Source of the DNA: TPA_inf: Saccharomyces
Taxonomy: Eukaryota
Direction of reading: 5' to 3'
Length of the DNA stretch: 64,000 nucleotides
Assembly: GCA_000146045.2 (NCBI GenBank)
Contig: BK006944.2
Coordinates: forward strand, 576,001-640,000
The notes under the pieces are model-generated. The model searched no databases. It saw nothing but the letters and a program-made list of their open reading frames with translations, and was not told where the DNA came from. Shown in pieces: positions 21,055 to 32,945 of the stretch (within the stretch, counting starts at the first letter, position 1; the number at the start of each line of letters is the position of its first letter). Both the position numbers and the translations under genes were made by a program.

Positions 21055-22890
21055 CTACTGAGTTATTTCGGATATTTTACCTGCCGCAATGGTTCTACCG
21101 TCCTTTCTAAGAACAACTCTTCCCAAACGGTCATTTTCATGGGCAGTTAATAAAGGAATCCACCTCTTTACTTCAATTAGTTCTATTTCTACAAATGCTC
21201 GTTGTTTAGAGCCTAGATGTCTAATCTTTTTCTTGCTTGCAGTATTGCCCTTGTCTATAAATGAAATCAATCTTTTGATTCGAGCAGGTTGCTCCTTGAC
21301 TCCGATGAAAAGAATAAACGGTGTTCCTGGCAGCAAAGGTCGGTTCATGTCAAAGGTGGTCAATTCCAGAACAAAACACTGTGCTGAATGAATGGACGAA
21401 TAATCAACTGATGCTGCCAAATCACCATTTTGAATATCTTCTGGATAGGCTTTGCGCAATTTCAAAGTGACAAAATCACCCTTAATGGCAACATCTGTCT
21501 CTTCGTGATTCGTTGATTGGCCCTGTTGAGAACCAACCTGAATTTTATCCACAATACAACTCTGTTCCGACGGATATATTGTCAAAGATTCACCAGGTTG
21601 AATAGAACCTGATTCCAATTTTCCTGAAACTAGTGCTAAATCGTTACTTGTTTTTTTCGATGGGATGATCTCCAACACAGAAAACAAAAACGGATCATCT
21701 TTGTTAATTCCTTCATTCTCCTTTGAAATCTTGAACGCCGCATTTTCCAAAGTAGACATTAAGTTAGGACCATTGTACCATTGTCTCACTTCATCTGTAT
21801 ATTCAATTTTATAAACACCTTCTCCGGAAAAGCCACTGATAGGTACCCAATTAATATTATCCTCAAAAAACCCAATATCAACCAGATATGGCAACAATTT
21901 CGATTTAATCTCTTCAAACCTTTGTTGGGACCAGTCAACATTATCCATCTTATTCATAGCAATAATCAGATTGTGAATTCCAAGACTAGATGCCAGTAGC
22001 ATATGCTCCTTTGTTTGCCCATCCAAGTCAAATCCTGATTCGAAAGCATTGGTGCTACAGTCTACACAAAGTATAGCCATATCTGCTTGTGATATCCCCA
22101 TTATAGCGTTTGGAACAAAATCTCTATGGCCTGGCGCATCCACAATAGTAAAATTTGCCCTATGGGTAGAGAAATGCGATGTACAAATTGACACTGTTAC
22201 ACCACGTTCGCGCTCTTCATTTGTCTGATCCATAATCCATGCAAATTTGAAGGATGACTTACCCATAGTTTCACTCTCTCTTTGTAGCTTTCTCAGTTGG
22301 GATTGGTTGACAATGTTCAGATCATAAAGTAGTCTGCCCATTAGAGTTGATTTTCCCGCATCAACATGACCAAGAACAACAAAACTTAAGTGAGGTAAGG
22401 CAGATTTAACAAATGCAGAAATATCATGAGGTTTCTTTGGTTTCGTTGGCACCGTAGTCTTATAGTATCTTTGAACTGTCTTTTCATCATTGGCTTCCTC
22501 ACCATTGCGTTCACCCTCACTTTCTTCCTCGTCAAGCCAGTCTGGAAGCCGATCATTTGGCCTTTGTTGCGAAATTGAGATGTTTGCCAGTTTTTGAGTA
22601 ACATTCGCACTCCCATTAGCAGCAGCAATTGGCTTCTTTGGTGTCTTCTTCTTCTTCAAAGTTTTCTTCAATTCCGCCAGCGTGCTTTCCAAATCGAAAT
22701 TGTTGTCAAACAAAGCTAGCTTAAGTGAAAGATTATCCCAGCCTTGGTAATCCTGTAACTGCGCCTTTAGAGTAGGAAATACCTCGTTCATTAGATCATA
22801 TTCATCGTCATTCAAATAATCATCAAATTCACCTTCGTCGTGAAAGTCCGGCATGTCGTCTGCTCCATCGCTGTAGTCACTGTAAGCCAT
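21055..22890 (-). CDS. HBS1: Hbs1, translational GTPase of the eRF3/EF1A family (No-Go decay, partner of Dom34), 611 aa.
   Basis: The ORF track starts at a TTG (22902). The first ATG (cat 22888-22890; MAYSDYSDG...) gives 611 aa. The G-domain motifs GHVDAGKST, DAPGHRDF and NKMD are present. Confidence 0.93.
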   Translation of the reverse strand: MAYSDYSDGADDMPDFHDEGEFDDYLNDDEYDLMNEVFPTLKAQLQDYQGWDNLSLKLALFDNNFDLESTLAELKKTLKKKKTPKKPIAAANGSANVTQKLANISISQQRPNDRLPDWLDEEESEGERNGEEANDEKTVQRYYKTTVPTKPKKPHDISAFVKSALPHLSFVVLGHVDAGKSTLMGRLLYDLNIVNQSQLRKLQRESETMGKSSFKFAWIMDQTNEERERGVTVSICTSHFSTHRANFTIVDAPGHRDFVPNAIMGISQADMAILCVDCSTNAFESGFDLDGQTKEHMLLASSLGIHNLIIAMNKMDNVDWSQQRFEEIKSKLLPYLVDIGFFEDNINWVPISGFSGEGVYKIEYTDEVRQWYNGPNLMSTLENAAFKISKENEGINKDDPFLFSVLEIIPSKKTSNDLALVSGKLESGSIQPGESLTIYPSEQSCIVDKIQVGSQQGQSTNHEETDVAIKGDFVTLKLRKAYPEDIQNGDLAASVDYSSIHSAQCFVLELTTFDMNRPLLPGTPFILFIGVKEQPARIKRLISFIDKGNTASKKKIRHLGSKQRAFVEIELIEVKRWIPLLTAHENDRLGRVVLRKDGRTIAAGKISEITQ

Positions 22891-23093
22891 CTCGATAGTC
22901 AATAGTTGTCGAAGCAGAAGCCTTTGGGTGTCTCCAAGCTGTACTTAACTCTTTTTAAATTGCTTATTGGTTAGCTTTCATGTGGTATATTCAAGTCACA
23001 TTAATGGGCGTCTCCGTGCATTGTGATCAATATATGAATACGAAGTACTTATAGAGTAGTATTTACACGATTGTTATTATATTTATATAGCAT

Positions 23094-23693
<600 letters not shown>

Positions 23694-23856
23694 TTACTTT
23701 GTCTTTAATTTTCCATTTTAACTTGTTGAAAGTATCTCTTTTTGCCCTCTTTTCTATTTTCTCAAATAATAAAAGCGGTGAAAGCTGAAAAATTCATGAG
23801 ATGACTGCAGATGATAAAACACAAGAAGGCCCAAAGACAATACAAATACCTCTGGT

Positions 23857-26800
23857 ATGGGTCATTCGGGGCGTGAGGAAAGGATAAAAGACATATTTAA
23901 GGAACTTACGTCAAAAGAACTAACGCCTGGGTTGCTTTTGACACTGCAGAAACTAGCGCAAAAGCCGAATACTAATCTAGAACAGTTTATTGCCAGCTGT
24001 AAAGCTTTGACGAAACTCAGCAGTAACAATCCAATCATTTTTAATGAACTTCTGGAGCTCCTCAAGAATAAATCTGAAGAGGACTCGACAGGCCCAAAGA
24101 AAATCGCCCCTTCTATAAATAAGAGAAAGAAATTTAAGATCCAGTTAGACCTTGACGATAATGAAGATGAGCTAGATTCTCCAGTTCAAAAAAAACCAGC
24201 ACCTACACGGACGTTGTTCAAGAGAATAGATAAACTAAAGGCCAAACAGTTGAGGCAGTATTCGCCCACCGTGAAGGATCCTTCTCCAAATAGTGAACAG
24301 CAAACACAGAATGGTCATGCTGAAACGAAGGACTATGAACCGACTCGAAGCGAAGTAGTTGAGGAGGACAGAGAATGGTATGATAATGATGATGATTATG
24401 GAAATTTGGTGCCTGAACCTCTGTCTGAATTGCCTGAGGAAGCGAAACTACTACCTGTCATTAGGAATATCGACAACGATGATGCCTTACGAAATACCGT
24501 TCAATTATACCCCATACCACTCAAGCAAAGAATGGAATGGATCCCTCCTTTTTTATCAAAGTTTGCTCTTGAAAACAAAGTGCCCACTTCCATAATTATC
24601 GGGTCCATCTCTGAGACGTCCAGCCAAGTATCCGCTTTATCAATGGTGAATCCATTTAGGAATCCTGACAGTGAATTTTCTGCGAACGCCAAACGAGGTA
24701 GTAAGCTGGTTGCCTTGAGAAGGATAAACATGGAACATATTCAACAATCTCGAGACAACACCACTGTTTTGAACACTGCCATGGGGGAAGTACTAGGCTT
24801 GGAGAATAACAATAAAGCAAAAGATAAGAGCAACCAAAAGATTTGCGACGATACAGCTCTTTTCACGCCATCAAAAGATGACATTAAACATACTAAAGAG
24901 CAACTGCCTGTTTTCCGCTGCAGATCTCAATTGTTATCATTGATAAGAGAAAATCAAGTAGTGGTGATAATTGGTGAAACGGGCTCAGGTAAAACCACGC
25001 AACTTGCACAGTATTTATATGAAGAAGGATATGCCAACGATAGGGGGAAATCTATTGTTGTCACACAGCCGAGAAGAGTAGCAGCCATATCCGTTGCAAA
25101 AAGGGTTGCAATGGAAATGCAAGTTCCATTGGGTAAGGAAGTAGGCTATTCTATAAGGTTTGAAGATGTGACGGATTCTGAGTGTACAAAACTTAAGTTT
25201 GTAACGGATGGTATTCTACTCAGAGAGACCTTATTGGATGATACACTCGATAAATATTCGTGTGTTATTATTGATGAAGCTCATGAAAGGTCATTAAATA
25301 CAGACATTTTACTAGGTTTTTTCAAGATTTTATTAGCACGTAGAAGAGATCTAAAACTCATAATCACTTCAGCAACAATGAATGCGAAGAAGTTCTCCGC
25401 ATTTTTTGGTAATGCTCCTCAGTTCACAATTCCTGGAAGAACTTTCCCCGTACAGACCATATATACTTCCAACCCTGTTCAAGACTACGTAGAAGCTGCA
25501 GTTTCTCAGGCTGTGAAAATTCATTTAGCAAACGATTGTTCAAGCGGTGATATTCTCATTTTCATGACAGGTCAAGAAGATATTGAAACAACGTTCGACA
25601 CTCTGCAAGAAAAGTTTTTGCAAGTATATTCTAAAAAGTTTGGTACCGCAAACTTTGAAGAGATCAATGATATTGAAATTTTACCAATCTACTCGGCTTT
25701 ACCTGCAGATTTGCAATTCAAAATTTTTCAGGATCTACATGGCACTAAAAGGAAAATTATAATTGCGACAAATATTGCAGAGACTTCATTGACCATTAAA
25801 GGTATTAGATATGTCATTGATTGTGGTTACTCTAAACTGAAAGTTTACAATCCAAAGATTGGGCTTGATAGTTTAGTAATAACGCCCATATCAAAAGCTA
25901 ACGCCGACCAAAGATCCGGAAGAGCGGGAAGAACTGCGCCAGGCACTGCATATCGATTATACACGGAAGATACATTCAAAGAAGATATGTACTTACAGAC
26001 AATACCTGAGATCCAAAGAACGAATTTGTCAAACACCCTTTTACTGCTAAAATCTCTGGACGTTACTGACGAATTGAGTAAGTTCCCGTTCATTGATAAA
26101 CCACCCTTACAAACATTTTTATCCTCATTGTATGAGTTATGGTTCATAGGGGCTATAGACACTAGTGGACAATTGACTCCATTGGGATTACAGATGGCAA
26201 AATTTCCCCTGCAACCTTCCCTTTCCAAAATTTTATTAATTGCAGTTAGAAACGGCTGCAGTGATGAAATGTTAACAATAGTTTCCATGCTTTCTGTTCC
26301 ACAAGTCTTTTATAGACCCAAGGAAAGACAGAAAGAAGCAGATATTGCTAGAAATAAATTTTTTATCGCGAAATCAGATCACTTAACGTTACTTAATGTT
26401 TTTGAACAATGGAGGGCAAATAATTTTAGTTCGCATTGGTGTAACAAACATTTTGTTCAATACAAATCACTTGTCAGGGCAAGAGACATTCGAGACCAGT
26501 TGCTAACAATACTAAAATCTCAAAAAATTCCGGTCATTTCCTCCGGTAAGGACTGGGATATTATTAAAAAATGTATTTGTTCAGGATTTGCTCATCAAGC
26601 AGCCAAAATAACAGGACTACGAAATTACGTTCATTTAAAAACTGGCGTAAGTGTTCAACTACACCCTACAAGTGCATTACACGGATTGGGGGATTTACCC
26701 CCTTACGTGGTATATCATGAATTATTAATGACTAGCAAAGAATACATTTGTTGTGTTACTTCTGTAGATCCATTCTGGTTAATGGAATATGGTGGGTTAC

Positions 26801-27072
26801 TCTACGACATCAAGCGTATTAAAAATGATCAGGAGGCCACAACTACAGGCCTCTTTGGTGAACACTATGAACATACTCTGGACAAGGTTGAAGATGATAT
26901 TGATATCAATATTAGGAGATGTAAGGATATGAGAGACAGTGTGATACAGGAGCTCAAAATGACCGACAATTCAAACAAAGAAGACAAAAAGCAAAAAACG
27001 AAAAAGCAAAATATACTGAACGGCAAAGAAAATTCAATGAAACCTTTCAAAAGAAGGAAGCCTTTTTTTTAG
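23857..27072 (+). CDS. PRP16: Prp16, DEAH-box ATP-dependent RNA helicase of the spliceosome (second catalytic step), 1071 aa.
   Basis: A 1071-aa ORF with ATG at 23857. The helicase motifs [17 protein letters not shown] and QRSGRAGR, and an OB/HA2 C-terminus, are present. Confidence 0.95.
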
Positions 27073-27194
27073 TTTATGGGAAGAGCGTGCTAATAGGCAA
27101 AATATTCATATATGTTATTATATAGTTATATGCATGCATAAAACAAAGGGTTATTTATTGGGTACAAAAGAAAAGAGCATAACTCGTGGAGTGC

Positions 27195-28232
27195 TTACAT
27201 TGAGAAAAAACTTTTATAATAGTTACCCATACTGCTACAATCAGATTGTTCATAAATTTCATTAGCTTTTGGCAACCATTTCGACATATTCTCTATTCTA
27301 CGAGTGCTTGCTGGATGTGTACTTAGAAACTCCATATTCACAACACCCCCTCTATTCATTTGCTTTTCAAAATTTGCCATTCTTTCCCACACTTTTATTG
27401 ACTCCTGTGGTTGAAAACATGCCCTTGACATTATCATCAGGCCAATGTAATCAGCTTCGGTTTCCATCTGTCTTGATGCTGGCATTCGCAAAAACCCATC
27501 CAATAGTATATTGTTGATAGCATGAGCTCCAGTAACAGTATATAACACCAAACCCAAAAGAGAATATATAGGAGCCTTCGACAAATTTTCGGCTGTGTGT
27601 CTTGCTAGCTGATGAGCAAATTCGTGTGCTAAAACAGTGGCAATCCCATCATCATTAGCACAAATAGGTAAAATAGAGCTGAATATAAAGACCTTACCCC
27701 CTGGTAAAACGAATGCATTTGGTGAAGCAGTTGGATCATTGACCACATGAATTTCCCACTTGATTCCGTCCAGTAGTGAGTTGTCTACACTAGGGTCCTT
27801 ATAAGCAGCTTCGACAATTTTCATGAAAATATTCTCAATTTTGATGGACAGCGGATGCTGTGGAGGTAATATTTCCTGCTGCGTTTGTCTCCAAATTGAT
27901 TTGTATGTGTAATTTCCGATAGTTAACTCTAATGGACGCGATACCCAGATGAACCTGGACCTATCGCTTACCGGTGCTTTATCCAAATGTGTATAATAAA
28001 AGAGAGAGCATCCACCAAATAATAAAGCTAAGTATTTTCTTGATGACTTATCGAGAAGAATGCTTTTAAACGATGATTTTTGGGAATACTCTCCATTATT
28101 AAATCGACGATATGAAGGACCATTGTCATAGCGGTAACATCGCGTTAACTGAACACGAAATGATACAGGTTTTAAAAATCCTCCACTGGTCCCTTTTCCA
28201 AATCCTTTGAACCTGATGATGTTGCGTAACAT
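27195..28232 (-). CDS. OMA1: Oma1, mitochondrial inner-membrane M48 zinc metalloendopeptidase (345 aa).
   Basis: A 345-aa ORF with ATG (cat 28230-28232). The HEFAH zinc-binding motif (LAHEFAHQLARH) and length match YKR087C. Confidence 0.92.
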   Translation of the reverse strand: MLRNIIRFKGFGKGTSGGFLKPVSFRVQLTRCYRYDNGPSYRRFNNGEYSQKSSFKSILLDKSSRKYLALLFGGCSLFYYTHLDKAPVSDRSRFIWVSRPLELTIGNYTYKSIWRQTQQEILPPQHPLSIKIENIFMKIVEAAYKDPSVDNSLLDGIKWEIHVVNDPTASPNAFVLPGGKVFIFSSILPICANDDGIATVLAHEFAHQLARHTAENLSKAPIYSLLGLVLYTVTGAHAINNILLDGFLRMPASRQMETEADYIGLMIMSRACFQPQESIKVWERMANFEKQMNRGGVVNMEFLSTHPASTRRIENMSKWLPKANEIYEQSDCSSMGNYYKSFFSM

Positions 28233-28404
28233 TTCTTGTATTTTATCTTTCCATACCTTAACTTAGATTGGTTGATGTCGCTTCGAAAAACTGCTTTTTG
28301 TCTTTTAAGTTCTTTATATCGGACGTAGAAAGAAGTAGAAATAGTAATTTGGGTTACCCATATAAAACCAACTTATCTAAACATATATAAACGTATACGG
28401 AGGA

Positions 28405-29418
28405 TTAGACCTCAAAAGACAATTCAGGTAGTTGATCAGTGGACACTTGACGGTCGCGGTTTTGTAGTTCTAAATATCTCTTCTTAGTCTTGAAGTATAA
28501 GAGCCATGCTGTAAGACTTAGGATTAATAATGTGATAATAATGCTTACCAAGTCAAATACCCTAGATCCTGTAGATTCAGATTCTGCGAGACTCTTTACA
28601 CGAGAACCTATAAATAGATAGATGAACAGCTTTGGTGTGGTTATTATGTTGGCAATGGAAAAGTTGCGTACCGAGATACCGTAAACACCAGCTATGGCAC
28701 CATTAGTCAAAGAATATGGGAAGGGACATAATCTCAGTAGAGCTAGAATCCAATAGCTATTGTTTTCTTGTAAAATTGAAGCCAATGCTTCAAATCTTCT
28801 ATTCAAATGCACAAGCTTTTCTGCTCTTGAATGCAAGATCGTCTTGAACACAACGAAAGAGGCAATGGAACCTGTTACAGATCCCAAAGCTAGCGTAACC
28901 CATCCCTCAAAACTGACACCATAGATCAACCCAGTAGTGGTGGATAATAAGGAGTAGCCAATCATAGGAGGAAATGCGACAAAGAATATCAGAACCATTA
29001 ATATAAAATGTGTTGACATCTTTTCTCTCAAATCGTTCGAAGTAACAACAACTTTATGTAAAATCGCATTATGGAAGACGAGCAACAATATACCCATTAT
29101 CATTAGCATTATGCCGAGGAGGACAATGATAATCTGTTGCCATAAGCGTAGTGAATAAAAATAAAACTGTAATTTTTGAACATTCTTCCTGATATTATGC
29201 ATCAATCTCTCTCTAGGGGACATATTATAAATGTCTAAAAAATCATCATCATTAACATTTACTTCGTCATTGAATGACAATCCAGCATTAGTACCAACCC
29301 TTTGTCCATTATTACTATTTGGCATGATATCGTTGTCAAAGTCTTCGAAATAGCCATCAAATTCATCATCCTCCCCTTGGCCCATATTGGCATTTCCTGC
29401 TTCGTAAGACTGACTCAT
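28405..29418 (-). CDS. TVP38: Tvp38, Golgi membrane protein of the DedA/SNARE-associated family (337 aa).
   Basis: The ORF track starts at a TTG (29430). The first ATG (cat 29416-29418; MSQSYEAG...) gives 337 aa with multiple hydrophobic transmembrane segments. Confidence 0.88.
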   Translation of the reverse strand: MSQSYEAGNANMGQGEDDEFDGYFEDFDNDIMPNSNNGQRVGTNAGLSFNDEVNVNDDDFLDIYNMSPRERLMHNIRKNVQKLQFYFYSLRLWQQIIIVLLGIMLMIMGILLLVFHNAILHKVVVTSNDLREKMSTHFILMVLIFFVAFPPMIGYSLLSTTTGLIYGVSFEGWVTLALGSVTGSIASFVVFKTILHSRAEKLVHLNRRFEALASILQENNSYWILALLRLCPFPYSLTNGAIAGVYGISVRNFSIANIITTPKLFIYLFIGSRVKSLAESESTGSRVFDLVSIIITLLILSLTAWLLYFKTKKRYLELQNRDRQVSTDQLPELSFEV

Positions 29419-29632
29419 TTGTGTAACCAATATCTTTCTTCCACCATAATAATATTTTCAAATATGTTGAAGGTATTGTTTTAGTAAAGTGGCTTTTTTT
29501 CTTAGTGCAGCTCGAGAGAAAACAATGATTTCGATTTCCGCTTTGAAAATGATATGAATGAGAAAGGCCATTCGAATAAATACATAGATGAAAAAGAATA
29601 TCTAGAGGATATATAAGCAAGCCCGTGTTTTC

Positions 29633-32365
29633 TTATTGAGTAAAACTGGTGGTGCTTTTGTGCTGCGTTGAAGAAGAAGGCCTCGATCGAAACGGTGAGC
29701 TCTTTGTAGCTTGAGAAGGGGGTCTTCCATCAATGCTATGACGCCTGAAATTGCCCGCTAAATCACTATGAATCATTGCGTCTGAATCGAAGTTACTTAT
29801 CAGTCTCAATGTAGGATGGTCTTCTTTATCCGAATCTGTGTATAATATGTTGCTACTGCTGACCCATTTTTTGTTCATATGCCTCAAGTATCTACTCTTT
29901 CGGCCAAAATGCAATTTCTTGTCTACCATGGCAGGTGTTTCAATGCTGGCAGAATGTGGGATAAGTTCATGGCTTTCCGGGTCATAGGTCTTGGCATCCA
30001 TAGGAAACATTAGCCGGCCCATACTTGTTTTTTTCTGCAGAATTGGCGGTGGGTGTCCATTGATTTTGCTGGATTGCCTCAACATCCTTGATGTGGGAGA
30101 AGCAACTGAAAATGAAAAGGATTTGGCTGGTCGCCTTGAAGTTGAAATAGTATCTGATTTCCTTCTTTGGTGACGCGGATTGAGAGAAGCGGACGTAATG
30201 GAATACCGCGGTCTAAACCCGGAAGGTGACCGCCCATATGTGCTTGCATTCTCACGTAACAATAGCAAAGAGTTTGTCGATTCTGATTCTAATAAGTTGT
30301 CATCTAAAACATTGGAAATATGATTGTCACCCTTGGTTGGAGTCCTAGTTAGCAATGTTGAATTTTCTGGGTTTTTGGACTCATCTGACGTTTGCTCTGG
30401 AGCTTTAATTAATCCAATGACTGAATCAGCAAATTGGAAGGGGGTTTTTAAAGAGGAGGTGACAATCATCCTACCTTTGATATAAGAAATCGCCTTATCC
30501 AGAGCAAATTCCTGGCCACAGTGATTTTGAATAATGGAAACCTTGGGCCACGTAGCTTTTGCACCATTGGTGATTTCCCTTAATAAAAATTCTTTTGTTG
30601 GGTTTGACAACAGCTCCTTTATTCTAAAAAGCATACACATGTCGGGCAAAATAGTGATGTCACCAGAATATTGTTGAGATAATACCGATCTCAGTTTTGT
30701 AAGCGCGTTTTTGGCAATTCCCATCTCACTTCCAATTTCTAGAATATGAATAGCTTCATTGGCCATAAAATTGTATATACTTGATAAGTTTTGCTTTAAT
30801 CTTGCACTAAATTCGTCCTCAATTTCCCCGCCAACACAGGATAGTGATAGTTTCAAAAAGGGAAATACGTGAATATTCACCTGGCATGCGATAATATGGT
30901 CTACATTAAACATTTCAGAAAGACGAGAAATGGGCAAGTCATTGTCCACAGAACCATCGACAAATTTGACCGAACTACTACCAGTCCATGGTTTCCTTTC
31001 TCCCGTTTTTGGATCTTTTTCGTAAAGTGGGCTCGAGGGGAAAATTCCCGGTAGTGAACATGATGCACATACGGCGGACCAAATCAGGACGTTTGGTGCA
31101 GTCAAATTATTCAGCAAGCGCGGTTGTTCAAATAAAGATGCCGGCGAAACGGTTATATTCAAAATTTTACCCGTTCTATTGTAAGCTTCCCTAAATGTCA
31201 AATCTCCCAAAAATTCTATCATTGTATTTACCAGATGCTTGTTATCAAACCACGTACCGTTTTTGAAGAACCTAGATATTTTTATTAACAAATTCTCGCT
31301 TTCACTTTTCTGTTTATCGTCTTTGAAAATGTTGAATTCTTTATCCAAAATATGATTTAGTAAAACCGGAATTTCTTCTTTGTGATGGACAGATAATATG
31401 CTTGCTACAATTGCACCAGCACTGCTACCACTAATCACTCTGGGTAATAAATCCAATTCAAATAGAGTACCAAGGACACCGATGTGGAAAAGACCAAAAG
31501 TTCCACCCCCACTGAGAACTAAAGCGGTACGACCAATATTTCTTCTCGTTTGTTGCAGTATACCCAAAAGGTAACTATCATCAAGATCAGACTCCATTAA
31601 AGATTCTAGCGCTAACCTAGACTCCATCATATACTCGTCAATTAAATATTTGGTGCCTACATGGGAGTGCCTATATAGGTTTACATTCCCCATATTTCCC
31701 AGGTTTCGTACCCAATTCGTCCTAATGATGTACAACAATTGAGCGTAATTCCTATTCAAGCGCTCCTCACGCATTCTAGATGTTAAATCTTTTATTAGCT
31801 TGTAATCATACAAGGGACTTTCCAATTTCTGCTTCCATTCTGTTTTCCCAGTGAGGTCATCCAATCTGGCGCCCGCAGAACACCATTCTTCAAATGACAT
31901 CGCATGTTGCTTTTGTGAACAGACTTTGTCAATAAGAATGTCTCTTTCATAGTTTCCCACAAAAACGTTGTAAAGAAATGATTTGCATTTACTGGCTAAA
32001 GATGACCCTTGCCTTTCATCTTCGCCTTCGTCTGTCTCAACCATCTCGATATCATTATTTTCATTTTCTGTTACTGTCTCTTGGTCATCGTCAAGTTTAT
32101 CCTCGTTTCCAGTATCCAGGTTGAAATTTACTTTGTTCGTAGTTTTGTTCTTGCCAGTTTGCAGTCTTTTACCAGCATCCTCCTCCACCCTTTCAACATC
32201 TGAATTATCCTTACTGGGCCTAATAAACTTGTTCTTCGGATTTAAAATAGGAATTATGTTCTGGGAAGTGCCCAGGATCTGTTCGTAATATTTTTCGATT
32301 AGTTGTTGCGTAACAAGGAGGGGCTTATTTTGTGTAGATGTAAGATCTGATATTTTGCTGCTCAT
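29633..32365 (-). CDS. TGL4: Tgl4, patatin-domain triacylglycerol lipase (910 aa).
   Basis: A 910-aa ORF with ATG (cat 32363-32365). The patatin motifs GGGTFG and GSSAG are present. Length matches YKR089C. Confidence 0.93.
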   Translation of the reverse strand: MSSKISDLTSTQNKPLLVTQQLIEKYYEQILGTSQNIIPILNPKNKFIRPSKDNSDVERVEEDAGKRLQTGKNKTTNKVNFNLDTGNEDKLDDDQETVTENENNDIEMVETDEGEDERQGSSLASKCKSFLYNVFVGNYERDILIDKVCSQKQHAMSFEEWCSAGARLDDLTGKTEWKQKLESPLYDYKLIKDLTSRMREERLNRNYAQLLYIIRTNWVRNLGNMGNVNLYRHSHVGTKYLIDEYMMESRLALESLMESDLDDSYLLGILQQTRRNIGRTALVLSGGGTFGLFHIGVLGTLFELDLLPRVISGSSAGAIVASILSVHHKEEIPVLLNHILDKEFNIFKDDKQKSESENLLIKISRFFKNGTWFDNKHLVNTMIEFLGDLTFREAYNRTGKILNITVSPASLFEQPRLLNNLTAPNVLIWSAVCASCSLPGIFPSSPLYEKDPKTGERKPWTGSSSVKFVDGSVDNDLPISRLSEMFNVDHIIACQVNIHVFPFLKLSLSCVGGEIEDEFSARLKQNLSSIYNFMANEAIHILEIGSEMGIAKNALTKLRSVLSQQYSGDITILPDMCMLFRIKELLSNPTKEFLLREITNGAKATWPKVSIIQNHCGQEFALDKAISYIKGRMIVTSSLKTPFQFADSVIGLIKAPEQTSDESKNPENSTLLTRTPTKGDNHISNVLDDNLLESESTNSLLLLRENASTYGRSPSGFRPRYSITSASLNPRHQRRKSDTISTSRRPAKSFSFSVASPTSRMLRQSSKINGHPPPILQKKTSMGRLMFPMDAKTYDPESHELIPHSASIETPAMVDKKLHFGRKSRYLRHMNKKWVSSSNILYTDSDKEDHPTLRLISNFDSDAMIHSDLAGNFRRHSIDGRPPSQATKSSPFRSRPSSSTQHKSTTSFTQ

Positions 32366-32945
32366 TCAGACTTTTATTACATATACCTGTACTCCCTTCA
32401 ATAATTATTACAGCGCTAATTTTTTTGATCAAATACTTGAATACAGGCCTCTTTTACGAGTACAATAATGACATAATGACAATTTGAATCAACCATACTT
32501 TATAATTGTGGTTTAGCGTTTCATAGTCGCAATTATCGTATAAGAGGGGTAATATGTCAGCCCTAGTTTACCCTACTTTTTTTAAACCCCTTAAGATCTT
32601 TTTTCCTTTTTTCTAATATTTAACCTACTAATATTGGTAAGTAAACCTAATGACTTTTTGAAGCGCCTAGCCCTATTTCTTTCGAAATTTTCAATTCGCG
32701 TCCTTTTTCAATTCCATGAATAATAGGAAACATGAAAAAATAAGTAAATAATAATAATAGAAAAGCTGGAGTGTTGCAAATTTAAGAGGTAGCCTTAAAA
32801 TATATTTCTGCTGTGTTGAATATTTAATTTATACAGCTAGAATAGGATATTATAGCCGAATTTTTTTCAAGCTTCTTCAAAGCTTATAGTGAATAACGTA
32901 AGGGGAAAAACAAGAATAAATTTAGCAAAAGAAACGCTCAAGTCA